Of a stretch of DNA of 64,000 nucleotides, positions 50,165 through 62,666 are shown piece after piece. Below the pieces are notes generated by a model. The model had not been told where the DNA came from, searched no databases, and saw nothing but the letters and a program-made list of their open reading frames with translations. The translations under genes and the position numbers were made by a program. The stretch covers positions 445,933 through 509,932 of the forward strand of contig ML996692.1 in NCBI GenBank assembly GCA_010356995.1, written 5' to 3'. The stretch is from Trichodelitschia bisporula. Lineage: Eukaryota. How positions within the stretch are numbered: the stretch's first letter is position 1; each line of letters starts with the position of its first letter.

Positions 50165-50934
50165 CTTGCTTCTGACAACATTTGGCGATGTGTAATTCGG
50201 GAAGAGGGATTAGGAAGAGAATTACTTAGTAGTGAAGGAAGCGAAGGAAGAGGTGAAAAGGCCAGTTAGTCAGGAGATGGGCGACGAGAAGGCTTTCGTG
50301 GTCTGCATGGCTTGGCTCATTGGCATTCCCGTGATTCCCCTTGCGAGACGGTTCCGCTTGTGGCGCATTTCTCGCGTTGCTGAGAGCCTGTGAAGCTTCG
50401 CCCAAAAGAGATGCGCCTCGTAAAGCCCCTCACCTGTCGCGATTGATGATTGACTGACTAGCGACCACCCACACCACCAAAGCCCTGCGCTAGAACGGCC
50501 CAGGCGTGGACCCCTTGACTCCCTGTCTCCCTGTCGCCACTCCACGGCTCCTTGCGGGTGATCGCCCCGCCCTACCAGAACACAGTTGCAAATCCCACCA
50601 TCATCTCTCGAACAAATCCTGAAGTCCTATGAAAAGACATAGCACAAGAACATCGAGACCAAGCTGCGCGAGCATCGGGTAATACAATGTTTTTCTCTTT
50701 TTAAATAGGTCTCGACAGCTCCAACGAGCATCCCGTTCATATGCAGACTTCGGACGCAACCCCCTTAACCTCCCCAAGCATGATCTTTTCCTATCCGCCG
50801 CCCCCGCGAGGCATGAGCCGCGAGAATGTGATGCAGCCTTCTACTGTACAGCGTCTAATTCAGTTGCTATTCAATCCGCTCACCTCAACGCCGCGCCTGC
50901 CAAACCCCCCGTTGCAATGCTAAATAACTCAACT

Positions 50935-53900
50935 CTATCTTCGCCGATAGTCCTTGCCCTTCTTGCTCCGCCGGCTCCGACCGGTAGGCACCCCTACAAT
51001 AGGTACGTTCTTAAGCTCCTCCATCATGAACTGCACCATGTAATCCTCAACGTCGCCGGCCTCTTCTTCTTCCTCGTCGGCAGCCTTGTCCTCGTACACC
51101 GCAGGCGTCGCTACCGCCCCTCCCGGCGTCGGCGGCACCGACGTCTTAGGCGTGTTCTCTTCAAAGTCCGCGTCGTCAACATGCACCATTTCCTTCTGCG
51201 CCGTGCGCGCCGCCACCGTGTCTTCCTTATCCTCGACCGACTCGAGCACCTGCCCCAGACCCGTAACCTCGCCCAGCACACGGTCCATGGCGGCGCTAGC
51301 TTCGGCATCATCGCCCCGAGCCGCAAGATCGGGATCGTCCAGTGCGTCGCGGTAGGTAACGCGGTTGAAGTAGTCCGTCGTGAAGTCGCCCTTCTGGATG
51401 ATGACGTCATCAAGTAACCGCTTCTGGTTCGACTTGCGCAGGATGTTGGCCTCGATTGTGTACTCCGACACGAACCGGTAAATGTGCACGTCGCGCGTTT
51501 GCCCGATGCGATGGCACCGGTCCTGGCACTGCTTGTCCATGGCCGGATTCCAGTCAAGGTCGTAGAAGATGACGGTGTCGGCGCCTGTCAGGTTGATGCC
51601 GAGCCCGCCTGAGCGGGACGACAGGATGAACGCGAGGATGCGCTTGTCGTTGTTAAACCGGTCGGTCAGAATCTGGCGCTGCTCAATCTTCGTCGCACCG
51701 TCGAGACGCAAGTAGCGGTGTCCGTGGATGTTGAGGAACGTCTCGAGAATGTCCAGCACCTTGGTCATCTGCGTGAAGATGAGGCACCGATGCCCGCCAG
51801 CCTGCAGCTCGCGCAGCAGCTTGTCGAGGCGTTGCAGCTTCCCGCAGTCATACTGCAACAGCCGCTTGTCAGGAAACGCAATGGAAAGTCTGATGCGGCC
51901 TTCGTGATACGGGTCGCCCGGTGCGAACTGCTGGGCTTCTCTGACAATATCCATGCCCTTGCTTGTGAGCGTCAGAGGCACCAGATCCTCGGCCACAACC
52001 GCCGGCGTGATACAGCCAAACTTGGTGACCAGGATTTGTTGCCGCTCCGCCACGTCCTCCAGCGAAGGCATAGCCTCAGCGATAAGCTTATTTGAGTTCA
52101 AATACCACTCACCGCACGAGTACACCGCCTGCTGCTTCCGGGTTGGCGGTGGCGGCCGGAACCTGTCGGGAATAGTGAGAAGCTTGACGAGGTCTGTGCC
52201 ATAGATGGGCCACCGCTGCACATTACGCCTTACGTGATCGACACTGTTCTTCAGCTGTGACTGAGTCTCGAGATCGCGTCGATGGCGTATGGCTGCGAGC
52301 GTACCTGCCGCAGTTGACAAATCGGGGACAAAATCTGAGCCTATCTTGCGGCCTTGTGCAACGATCATGTCCTCTAATTCCTTGATCGGATGGAGGTCCG
52401 CTCGACGTGATGTGTGCAGACGCGAATGGTGCTCGTTGGCTGTCGGAACAAGGCCACAGAAGTCGAGATCAAGCGATTCACTGGCCAAGAGGCGCTTGCG
52501 TACGAGCAGCTCCTGAATTTCATAGTCCGCAACGACAGACTTTGGCATCGCAAAGGACGTGACGATCTGTCGGGTCTCGAAAAGATCAGGATGGTTGCAC
52601 ACCTTGCGTAGAGACATGAGGCAGTTGATGATGGACATATAGTTACCCGACGAGAGCGTACGCCTGGTGTCAGCGCGCCCCATGAACTCATCATACAGCT
52701 GTCGCTGACGCTTGGAGAGTCGGCAGTACACGATATGCTCGTATTTTCCGGGCATTTGCTTCTCGACTTCGGCCTTGAGTCGTCGGAGCAAGAACGGCCG
52801 CAGTACTTCGTGGAGCTTATTGACTCTGGACTGAGCCTCAGCATCCAGCTTCTGTCGTCCCTGATCGAGGATCTGGTCGGCCGGCTTCTTCATGGAGTTG
52901 AGGAACCTCTCCAAATCGGCGAACCCACCAGATCCGTCAAGACCAGCCGGCATGAGGAAGTAGAGCAACGACCAAAGCTCCTGGAGGTTGTTTTGGAGCG
53001 GAGTTCCAGTAAGGAGTAGACGAGAGTGCGTCTTAAAAGTAAGCAGCGTCTGCCAGCGCTGGGTCTGAAAATTCTTGATGTTGTGAGCTTCGTCAAGGAC
53101 GAGATAATGCCAGCTGCGACGCTTGAACGCCTGGGCGTCCTGAAGGATGAGTTGATATGATGTTATGCAGACGTTCCACAAGTCGTCATTCATCCACCCC
53201 TCTCGCTTTTTCTTGCGCTCGTTTTGATCACCATAGTAGGTGAGAATCTTGAAGCCCGGGCACCACTTCTTGAACTCCATCTCCCAGTTAAGCATGACGC
53301 TGGTAGGAACGACGATAAGATGAGGGCCCCAGACTTCGTGGTGGACGGCAAGATGTGCTAGAAGGGCGATAGTCTGAATGGTTTTCCCCAGGCCCATTTC
53401 ATCAGCGAGGATGCCGTTTCGACTACCAGTGTAGAGCTTTGCGAGCCAGTCAAGACCATCATGTTGATACTCACGAAGAGTGCCGCGCAGCAGCAGTGAT
53501 GGTACCTCGGTTTTGTTCGGCCTCGGAGTGTGGGGGGTCAGTGAGCCGCTGGAGGGGGTAACGGAAGTGGTGATTTTAGGGAGCGCCGACCCTCCCCGGT
53601 CCGTCCCATTCGTTTGCTGGGACGCCCGTGTGTCGGGCTCTGGTGACGGAGAGGCTGCTCCATTGGGCACATCTTCGACCGCATCCACATCCGTAGTCTC
53701 GCCATTTGTCAGCGTCGTTTTGAGATCTTGCTGAGTTTGCTTGGAGAAAAAGCCCCATAACCCGCCTCCGTCCTCCTCCTCCACGTGGTCATGCCCAGAC
53801 TCTGAATGCTCTTCGTCACTCTCGTCCTCGCAACTGGAGCCCATGTCACTGTCCATGTCTGTGGAATCTTCGGAATCGTCGAGAAGCATAGGGTCGACCT

Positions 53901-55812
53901 CCTCAAGGGGTGGCGGAGTGCCAGAGAAAGCTGGGGTAGAATCTGCAGCATCACCCGCATCCCCGTCAGCTGCTATGACACTTTCCGGTTCGTCGGGTCG
54001 CACTTTGGGAGTTTCTGCACTGCCGTTAGGTGTATCCATTTGGTCGCGGCTAGGAGTTTCCGAAAAATCGCCGTTAGGAATTTCCATCACAGAGGCTTCA
54101 GCATCTGAGGCCCCCTCGGAGGCATTATCCTCGTCAGCCTCGTCGCTCGCGTCCTCGTCAGAGTCGAACTCAAACGGATCAACAGCCTGCAAGGCAGAGG
54201 CGTACTTCCGCTTCAGGGCAGCCGGACTAAGATTGGCATCCTCGTCGTTATCAGGAGCACCGTCCTCATCATCCTCAGACTCCGACATGTTTTCGTCCTG
54301 AGCAGGGTCCTCTGAACCAGACTCATGACTATCCTCCATTCTGGACTCACTAACCGGAGTACCGGTAACAGAGTCGGCGTCGTCCAGTTCGCTGAGAAAC
54401 TCCGAGGATTCGCGAGTTCGGTAGCTATGCAGTATTCGGGTGGAGTTGTCTAGCATCTCGTCGAGAGCCTTGTTGCCCAAAACTTCTTGTTCTTCGTGCC
54501 ACTTTTTGAGACGGATTTGGTTGGCTTCGGCGCGCACCATTCCCCATTTCGTCTCTACATCCTTCACTAGTTGCTTATACCGCTTGATCTGAGCCTCTTT
54601 CTCCTCAGCGTCCAGCAGTTCCTGAGCCTTAGGCTCCCGGAGAAAGCTCCACCGGTCGTCCGTCTCGACTGCAGTCTGAGTCCATTGAGCAAACTGCTTC
54701 GCCAGGCGCTTGTGGCTCGCATTCTCCTTCTGTAAGAGCATCTGAAAGTTCAGGGCATGTGCTGTCAGATAGTCCCAGTGTCCGTAGCGAGGTTGAGGCT
54801 CTTTCCATCCGTTGTCGAGAAACCGTGAGCATTTCTCCAGGCTGAGAAGTCCACCCGGCTCTACCTCTTTTGCTAGCCGTAGCCGTAGCTTCGCTTCAGC
54901 CTCCACTTGTTCATCCGTAAGCCGCTTGAAAGTGTCGCCCTCCAGCGGGTCATCGTGCTTCGCCCACTCCTCGAGTGAGCTGAATTTCTTCGGGGCTGGG
55001 AAATGCAAGGGGTGCAGTTTCGGCAAGGTTGGGTCTCGAACTGTGAGCTTTAGTCGGGGATACCGCTGAGGAGTGGTTGGCTTGGGCTGATGGCTGCTAT
55101 GCCACCCATTTGTCACGGGTGCAGGGGTTGCATCCTCAGTCAGGCGCGATGACCGTCTTCGATGATGTTTCGCCGAACCGTGGATGGCAACGTTGATGGT
55201 GGGACCCCCCTCTCTCTGTTCATCATCAGCGACGCTTGCCGCGCTTTCCCGCCTGCGCGACTGCGACTTCGCCGGGGCTTTCCCTGGCTTCGCGGGGACC
55301 TTGAACGGTGACGCGTTATCGTTGACGCGCTTATCGCGAGCACCGTTGGTCGCTGGCGTAGACTGTGCAGAGTTCCCGTTCCGCAGGGTGCCATTGCTTT
55401 GTCTCGGCTTACTCTGGCTCCCATCCGTTCTAGTCTTTTCGCGTTCGGTGGGGGTCTCAGGCTCCGCAGGCACAGCCGCGGTCCGCAGTGACCTTCGCTT
55501 TCCATCAACGATGAGGGATGTTGGGCCTGCAACCCCAGGACTCCTCCAGGGCGGCGACAAGGCGCGTTGAAGCCTCTCCACCTGCGTGCTAACCTCGCGC
55601 TTCCGCTTCTTGGATGGAGTGGGCGATGCGGGCACTGCAGCCTCTGCCTGGCCGACTGCAGGTGGAGCTACATGGCCATTTTGAGCTTCCGGCTTTATTC
55701 CATTATGCTTCGGCGCAGTATGGAGATCGTGCGTCTCTGCGTGGTGGTTGGCGGGTGCTGCTGATGCGTCATCGACGTGTTGTGTTTCCGCGCCGAACTG
55801 ACACTCGGGCAT
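50935..55812 (-). CDS. SWR1: SWR1 Snf2-family ATPase (H2A.Z deposition), apparently intronless
   Basis: HSA-like region; LREYQHDGLDWL, GILADEMGLGKTIQTI, DEAH, split ATPase with long insertion, FPDKRLLQYDCGKLQ, and DLDWNPAMDKQCQDRCHRIGQTRDVHIYR. First ATG at 55812. Confidence 0.96.
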   Translation of the reverse strand: MPECQFGAETQHVDDASAAPANHHAETHDLHTAPKHNGIKPEAQNGHVAPPAVGQAEAAVPASPTPSKKRKREVSTQVERLQRALSPPWRSPGVAGPTSLIVDGKRRSLRTAAVPAEPETPTEREKTRTDGSQSKPRQSNGTLRNGNSAQSTPATNGARDKRVNDNASPFKVPAKPGKAPAKSQSRRRESAASVADDEQREGGPTINVAIHGSAKHHRRRSSRLTEDATPAPVTNGWHSSHQPKPTTPQRYPRLKLTVRDPTLPKLHPLHFPAPKKFSSLEEWAKHDDPLEGDTFKRLTDEQVEAEAKLRLRLAKEVEPGGLLSLEKCSRFLDNGWKEPQPRYGHWDYLTAHALNFQMLLQKENASHKRLAKQFAQWTQTAVETDDRWSFLREPKAQELLDAEEKEAQIKRYKQLVKDVETKWGMVRAEANQIRLKKWHEEQEVLGNKALDEMLDNSTRILHSYRTRESSEFLSELDDADSVTGTPVSESRMEDSHESGSEDPAQDENMSESEDDEDGAPDNDEDANLSPAALKRKYASALQAVDPFEFDSDEDASDEADEDNASEGASDAEASVMEIPNGDFSETPSRDQMDTPNGSAETPKVRPDEPESVIAADGDAGDAADSTPAFSGTPPPLEEVDPMLLDDSEDSTDMDSDMGSSCEDESDEEHSESGHDHVEEEDGGGLWGFFSKQTQQDLKTTLTNGETTDVDAVEDVPNGAASPSPEPDTRASQQTNGTDRGGSALPKITTSVTPSSGSLTPHTPRPNKTEVPSLLLRGTLREYQHDGLDWLAKLYTGSRNGILADEMGLGKTIQTIALLAHLAVHHEVWGPHLIVVPTSVMLNWEMEFKKWCPGFKILTYYGDQNERKKKREGWMNDDLWNVCITSYQLILQDAQAFKRRSWHYLVLDEAHNIKNFQTQRWQTLLTFKTHSRLLLTGTPLQNNLQELWSLLYFLMPAGLDGSGGFADLERFLNSMKKPADQILDQGRQKLDAEAQSRVNKLHEVLRPFLLRRLKAEVEKQMPGKYEHIVYCRLSKRQRQLYDEFMGRADTRRTLSSGNYMSIINCLMSLRKVCNHPDLFETRQIVTSFAMPKSVVADYEIQELLVRKRLLASESLDLDFCGLVPTANEHHSRLHTSRRADLHPIKELEDMIVAQGRKIGSDFVPDLSTAAGTLAAIRHRRDLETQSQLKNSVDHVRRNVQRWPIYGTDLVKLLTIPDRFRPPPPTRKQQAVYSCGEWYLNSNKLIAEAMPSLEDVAERQQILVTKFGCITPAVVAEDLVPLTLTSKGMDIVREAQQFAPGDPYHEGRIRLSIAFPDKRLLQYDCGKLQRLDKLLRELQAGGHRCLIFTQMTKVLDILETFLNIHGHRYLRLDGATKIEQRQILTDRFNNDKRILAFILSSRSGGLGINLTGADTVIFYDLDWNPAMDKQCQDRCHRIGQTRDVHIYRFVSEYTIEANILRKSNQKRLLDDVIIQKGDFTTDYFNRVTYRDALDDPDLAARGDDAEASAAMDRVLGEVTGLGQVLESVEDKEDTVAARTAQKEMVHVDDADFEENTPKTSVPPTPGGAVATPAVYEDKAADEEEEEAGDVEDYMVQFMMEELKNVPIVGVPTGRSRRSKKGKDYRRR

Positions 55813-57367
55813 CGCCAAAAACTGGAGGCAGGTTGTTTGCCCCAGGGACCCAGCGCTGCGCCCCTGCGGCGACCTCGAACGATGAAAACGACACAGCGTA
55901 CGATGGAAGGGAACGAGGAGAATCCTATGCCGTTGTCAGAATTTGGTTTGCTGGCCTGGTTGGCGAGTTATGGTTGAAGAAGGTGGAGATGGTGAGAAAG
56001 ATGGTGAGGAGACCGGCAATCGCGAACTCGCGTAAGGCAAAATGCTGTCCCTTGCTGGGGCGGCCGTATGGTTTTCTGGGGGGCTGGATTTTACGGGGCG
56101 TGATTGGCTGCTCGAGGCCGTTACTAATGGGCCAAGTTGAACGTTTCGTCTGACGACGCACGCAACTCACGCAAGGAAGGGGAAGTTGTACCGGTAGACC
56201 TCACCGAGCTGTGCGGGGCTTCTATTCTAGCGGGCCTTGCCACGGTTGGGCACTGCACCATGGCGGGGCACGTATGCGCTGGAAGGCGAGCGCGGCTCGT
56301 AGAAGAGAAAATTCTTGCCCTTCTCCGCTGCCTGCTCATGCAAAGTCAGGTAACATCGAGCCTTGCGTAGGGCTTTTTTGCATGATAACTTTGGGCCAGG
56401 AAAGCCCTTTCGGCCCGACACCGACAGTCGATTTCATGGAGTTCAGAATGACAACACGTTACACCATCATGCCAATACGGTACTGTCGCCCCACTTCACA
56501 CTTCACCTCGTCCTTTCCAATACTCTGATCTCAAGTAGACGTCAGGTTGGCAGATAGAACGTTGTATGTCGTAAGCCATGGAAGGTGCATGGAAGAATGC
56601 CCTTTACTGAGCGAGATACCCAACATGTATCACTTCTGGTTGCCTCACGATAGTCCCAAAGTTGATAACCCCCACCGGATGCCGTAGGCCTTGAAATTCA
56701 GGGTAAGTCCTCCGCTAGGCAGCCCAGAGGTCCATCTAGAACTCGTGTTTGAAAACGGAGTCCAGGTCAGTATTCTTTCAGATCAAGAGCCAGGAGGTCG
56801 CATATGACATTTACGAAGCGCTGTTCGTGTAAGATTTGGATTGAAGAAAGCGGTACAGTAAGCTGGAGGGTTTGAAAGCCGTTGCTGTTTCGCCTCTTCA
56901 GTGTAGCAGCTCGGCACAAGATGGTGTCGACGTCCCGAGTTCGAGGGCCAGCTAATCAAAGGAATCGCGTTGCTGCTTAAGTGGCAGCCATTATTTGTAG
57001 CGTCGACTTCTACTTCGGCCACCTCGAAGTTGATGCGCCAGGCCTTATCGCCTAAGGCAACTACTCGTATTGCGTTTGATACAGGGAAACGCTAGACCGC
57101 TTTCGCATGCCCACAATCTCCCTAGCTCGCGCCAGCGTCACACCTTACCTACCTCCACCTCCACCTCCGCTCGACATCACGCTCCAACAACAAGATAGCC
57201 GGTCGCTTGCTGCGACTGAAGTGAAGCTTTTGAGGTACGTGAAGCTCACACATACCTCGCATGGCCCTTGCCTCTACAATTGGCGCCTCCCGGCCCCTTC
57301 CACCTCCGCCGAGACCTCGCGTCGATCGGACATCAGAAAGAGGACCACAATGGCTAACAGCCTACAG

Positions 57368-57933
57368 ATGCTGGCGAGAACGAGAACTGCGGCACGTCCG
57401 CTTGCGCGGGGTCTTGTGTATCAGACCGCTACCCGCTCGTTCGTGCAATCAAGTCGGCTTCGCGTCAGCTCGCAGGCAGCTATTGATGATCCCGGGATGG
57501 TGCGTTTAGCCCAGCGCATGCCTCAGTACACGTATTAACTCCATAAGAATGGCGGATACATTAACCCAGTACCCGTCAAGCGCTCCCTCAGGGACCCGTA
57601 TGCAGACTGGTGGGATAAACAAGAGCGGCGGAACTACGGGGAGCCAATCCACGAGGATAACGACATTCTCGGCATGTTCACCACGGAACCGTATACACAC
57701 TTCACGGCTGGCTGGGGTGCTGTGCTCATGGGGTGCTTCATTACTGCTTTCGGTACAGTCTGCGGTGTGTGCTACGTCTTTCACCCTGAGAAGCCTGCGG
57801 TTCCGAGGACATTCCCAGGCGGCTTGGACAGAGAGCTGGGTGGCCCGAGTGCATTGTCGGTAGGTGCTTCAGCTTCAGTTGCTTCCTTTCTGACACTTTG
57901 CAGGCGCTGAGTGATGCCGATAATCCTGAGTAG
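57368..57933 (+). CDS. NDUFB8: Complex I accessory subunit NDUFB8/ASHI (fungal ~20 kDa subunit); coding introns 57500-57547 and 57860-57903
   Basis: Arg-rich mitochondrial presequence; DPGM|NGGYINP..RDPYADWWDKQERRNYGEPIHEDND; one TM segment; PAVPRTFPGGLDRELGG. Confidence 0.9.
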
Positions 57934-58928
57934 GACTTGAAACGCCAATTGTACATATCTTAGTTAAGGGAAGGTCCAACAGAATTTCATGCGCCCTCAC
58001 AGCTGAAAAAAAATTCCTGAGTGGGTTCCAGGCCCAAGTGCTCGGGTGCCCTTGCTTTTGAACCTCATGCTATCAACCGACAGATATAACTACCCAGGGA
58101 TTTTTGCACATAAGGTCGACTCGTGGTCCACGGTTTAGTGCTCGTGAGGCTTCGGAATCCTTGTCAGGAAGAAACTCGCGATGCTGGAGATTTTGGCTAT
58201 CTTATCCTAGATTTGCTTACTTTCGCAGCGACACGCGCACTCGTGTTGGAGCAATCAACCAAAATGAGGTCTGGGCGAATTTCAAGAGAAGGTGTGCGGA
58301 ACTGGGCTGGGGCTGGTGAGAAGCTTGGATTAAGCAGGCTTATGATCCGAGAGGCGTGTTTTATGCCAGGCCTGGGATTGGGGCGAAGGGGTGGGGGATG
58401 AGTTGAGGGAGACTGTGCCAGGTCAGTGTGCCGGTGGGGGAGGGGGATGGTGGTGCCCGAGGGGGGTAATGGCAATGTTGGCTGGCAGCCGGCGGGTGGG
58501 ATTGATGTGGACGCCGTGGCTAAGGGATTAGGAGGCTGAGGATGCGTACGGGGAGAAGGCAGCGGCGGCGCTGGCGAAGGTGTATGAGGGAGGCGAAGGG
58601 CAGTACGGCGAGCGCTGTGGAGCGCGCCCACGAAGTCGACTTCCACCCACTGCCGCCTGCAGTCCCGTCGATTCTGGGTTCCACTACGCCGCTTGTCGCG
58701 ACGCCGCTGATCGCGGCTACTGGGACGCCCGAGACGGGGCTGGGATAGGGGCGTAATGGGCAGGCTTATGGTGAGCTCTTACACGCCTTCATACTATCAA
58801 TGGTGGTAACCCATACTAGGCAGTCTCTGCGCGAGGCGAGCTGTCATAGCTTTTGCATATATCTGAACACATAAGTCGAAGAACGGCGCCACCTAGATAT
58901 CAACCCCATGAGGCCCCTACTCAACCCC

Positions 58929-61873
58929 TTAAAACACAAAATACTGCTGCGCAAGCGGCAACGTCTCTGCCGGCTCCGCCGTGCACACTTCGCCATCCGC
59001 CACGACCGTCTATCCCTATTAGCGCAGTTCTTACACACAACCGGAAGTAGACCCACATAACGCTCCGGATCAACCTTCATCACCGGCATCGTGGCGTTGA
59101 ACTTCATGTCCTTCTTGCCAATATTGCGACAGTTCTTAACCGCCTCAACGCGTTTACGCAGGCCATAGGACTCGATGATACCGTTGTCGAGCGAGGCTTG
59201 CGAGACCCAGGTTACGCTTGTTGAAGGGACCCATTGCTGGAATTGTTAGGAAGGTCAATTGGAAACCTGGAAGGACTTACAGCAAACATGGGCCGCATCA
59301 TGATGGGCTCGATGGTCGGGATGCTGTCCACGTTAGCATGTGTCGAGGCCGTGCTAGCTGTCAACTCACGAAGCATTCGGATCACCCTGTCTCCGTTAGC
59401 ACCGCCCCTCTATCAAGGAAAGAAACTCACCATCTGCGCATACGCAATCATGCCACTCTTAACCACTAACTTCGGTTTAACCCCAAAATTCCTCGGTTCC
59501 CAGACAACCAAATCTGCCAGCTTCCCAACCTCCACACTTCCAATGAGATGGCCCATACCCTGCGTAATAGCCGGATTGATCGTGTACTTGCTGATGTAGC
59601 GCTTGACGCGGAAATTATCCGCGCCGGAGCCCTCATCCTCAGACAGCGGTCCCCGCTGAACTTTGTTCTTGTGCGCCGTGTTCCACGTCCGCAGAATGAC
59701 CTCCCCACACCGCCCCATCGCCTGACTGTCGGAGCTCATCATGCTAATAGCTCCTAAGTCGTGCAACACGTCCTCTGCGGCGATCGTCTCCGCGCGGATA
59801 CGGCTCTCCGCAAACGCTACGTCTTCAGGGATGTTGCGGGAAAGGTGATGACACACCATGAGCATATCAAGATGCTCATCCAACGTATTCCGCGTATATG
59901 GCCGCGTCGGGTTCGTGCTGCTGGGAAGAACATTGGGGCGCTCCACTACGCTGATGATGTCGGGTGCGTGGCCACCTCCAGCTCCCTCAGTGTGATACGT
60001 GTGGATTGTACGGCCCTTGAATGCGTCGACCGTCTGCTCGACGAAGCCGCTCTCGTTCAGTGTGTCCGTGTGAATCAAGCACTGTACGTCGTACTCATCG
60101 CACACAGTGAGGCAAGCGTCGATTGCTGCGGGCGTGGTTCCCCAGTCTTCATGCAGTTTCAGCCCCACCACACCAGCTTCGCATTGCTCCCGCAGCGGAA
60201 TGGCCGAGCTGTCGTTGCCTTTGCCTGTGATGCCGACGTTTAGGGGTAGCCCGTCACAAGCCTGTAGCATTTGCCGGATGTGCACTTTGCCTGGTGTGCA
60301 GGTGGTTGCGTTGGTGCCGGTGCTGGATGTTTAGCTGCGATATCTTTTGGAGAAGACGGCATACCTCGGCCCTGTTCCACCGCCCAGCAGCGTGGTAATA
60401 CCCGACGCAATGCTCTCGGTCGCCTGCTGCGGGCAGATAAAGTGGATATGCGTATCGAACCCGCCCGCCGTGATAATCTTACCTTCACCCGCAATGACAT
60501 CCGTGCAAGCACCCACCACTAGTCTCGGATCCACGCCCTCCATCACATCCGGATTTCCCGCCTTTCCAATGCCAACGATAAGCCCATTCTTAATCCCAAT
60601 GTCCGCCTTGTAAATCCCACTCCAGTCCACGATGAGTGCGTTCGTAATCACCGTATCAAGTACCTCCTCGTCCCGGCGCCCTCCTGCCTGACCCATCCCC
60701 TCGCGCAGCGTCTTCCCCCCACCAAACGAGCACTCGTCCCCGTACCGTGCGCAGTCCCGCTCCACGCGGATCCACAAATCGGTCGAACCAAGGCGTACCA
60801 GATCCCCTACCGTCGGGCCAAACATGCTAACATACGCCTCGCACTCCATGCTCGCCGCTTCGATCACCAGCCCGGCGTCGGGATTGGGCTCAGGCACATG
60901 AGAGAAGCCGCCCTGCTTCAGGCGTGCCGTAATCCCCTCCGCCAGCTTCAGATCAGAAATAAGCCCCGAGGCAATATTATTTCCCCCGCGAATGATCTGT
61001 CCGCCGCCAATCTGCACCAACGTCACGGTCTTCGCATCGCCCGGCTCAAACCTCACCGAGGTGCCCGCGGGAATATCAAGCCGGAAGCCATGCGCGCGGA
61101 TACGGTCAAACTCCAACGCCGGATTCGTCTCGATAAAGTGGTAATGCGAGCCAACCTGGATAGGCCGATCGCCCTTGCTCACAACGCGGAGGCGGATGCG
61201 CTTCCGTCCCTCGTTGAGGACGATACGTCCCTTGACGGGGATAATGGCGCCAGGCTGCTTCTCGGGAGCGAAGGCGGCGGAGTCAATCTCGGGAAAGATG
61301 TCGGCCGCAGGCAGCGGTAGGAAGCTCCCGTAGAGGGCGCGTGCGAGGTCGCCGTCGTCGCTGCTGACCGGGTGGTGGACAGTGACCAGGTACGTGCCGG
61401 TCGTGAACGTGCCTTCAACTTGTAGCTCCGTCAGTGAGGACACGACGCTCGGGAGCACGTGGCGGCGTCCGAGCATGGTCTTGCCGAGCTGCATGAGATC
61501 GGCGACGGTATGGTTGCCATCACGAATGAGCTGCTGCGTCAGCGGAGTATGGATGGTATGTCGGGGGAAGAGATACCTCTTGGAGGTTGTTCGCGATCAG
61601 AGCCTAAGGAAGGGTGAGCTGGGTGAGATGCGAATGGGATGAGTGGGGACACACCGTTGCTTCGGCGTGATTGAGCCGCACGCCTCTTGCCAGTCGACGC
61701 TGCGCAAGCTGGCCGAGCTGCGAAACAACCAGCTTGTCAATCTGGCAGCTGTTAGAAGGTCTGACAGCTCATCATCTCCGCAAAGCCGGAGTGGGTTAGG
61801 TCAGAGCTAGAACTCCGCCTAGAGCTCCGCCGAGGGCGTGGAAGCAACCTACTTCCTTGGGTGCGAGCAGCAT
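58929..61873 (-). CDS. URE1: Urease (single-chain gamma-beta-alpha), about 8 introns including micro-exons 61576-61602 and 59370-59386
   Basis: [84 protein letters not shown]-terminus [10 protein letters not shown]. Confidence 0.97.
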
Positions 61874-62666
61874 GATGTACGACTCGTATCCAGTTCCCCC
61901 AAAAAGATATATTCGGGTGATATCAAAGAAGAGAAAAGGAATTGAGGCTCAAGCTCTGATCTGCTGCACCCTGAATTCCCCGCTTCATGGTCACCCCACA
62001 TACCCCGCGCTTGAAATGGACACCACCCCGGCCACGGTACACTACGGTAGAGACAACTGATAAGGATTCGGCACCCTTGGCTCCCGACGCTGGCCCCGCC
62101 GGCAGACCTCGTTAGTATTAGAACCCCGCCCTCCGACTGGCTACGGCTCAATCGGATCACCAATTCGCAGCGTCATTTGGAAGTGTCAACCGTTATTTTC
62201 GTAACAATAAATTTGTGAGCCGAAAAATCAGCAATTGCGGCGGAAGGAGATGTTGGCAAGTGGTCGAGAACTGAAGTCGTCGGAAGCCGTTGCAATGGTT
62301 GGTGGATCCAGAATCACCCCATACTACTTCTCAAACGGCCACCTTGTGCTCTCGCTTCCTTCCTGCTGATGCCAATGTGTCCCAGTCCGTACGCATCCAC
62401 TTCGATATGCTAACCTTAAGCAAAGAACGAACTCATGAGCACTCATCCAGATGTCAGCAAAATAAGCGGCCAGTTGATAACGCCAGAGTGTACCCGAATG
62501 AAAAGTCCCAATTTATCTAGCCGCAAACAAAAGTCCACTCGCTAGTCGTGCCTCATGACTTTCCCGAAACCCAATCCATGCGGGGAAACCGTGTGAATTG
62601 CCCAAAACGGCCTACTGATACAAAAGGGTACAGCAAATTCCACATTCTTGTCGACCCGTAATCCCT

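Noticed and set aside
48383..50269. Long plus-strand ORFs antisense to GT31, and similar shadows over other genes
   Set aside because: Expected shadow ORFs of GC-rich coding sequence.
58040..58800. Possible gene between NDUFB8 and urease
   Set aside because: Only short ORFs with no recognisable motif or coherent exon chain.
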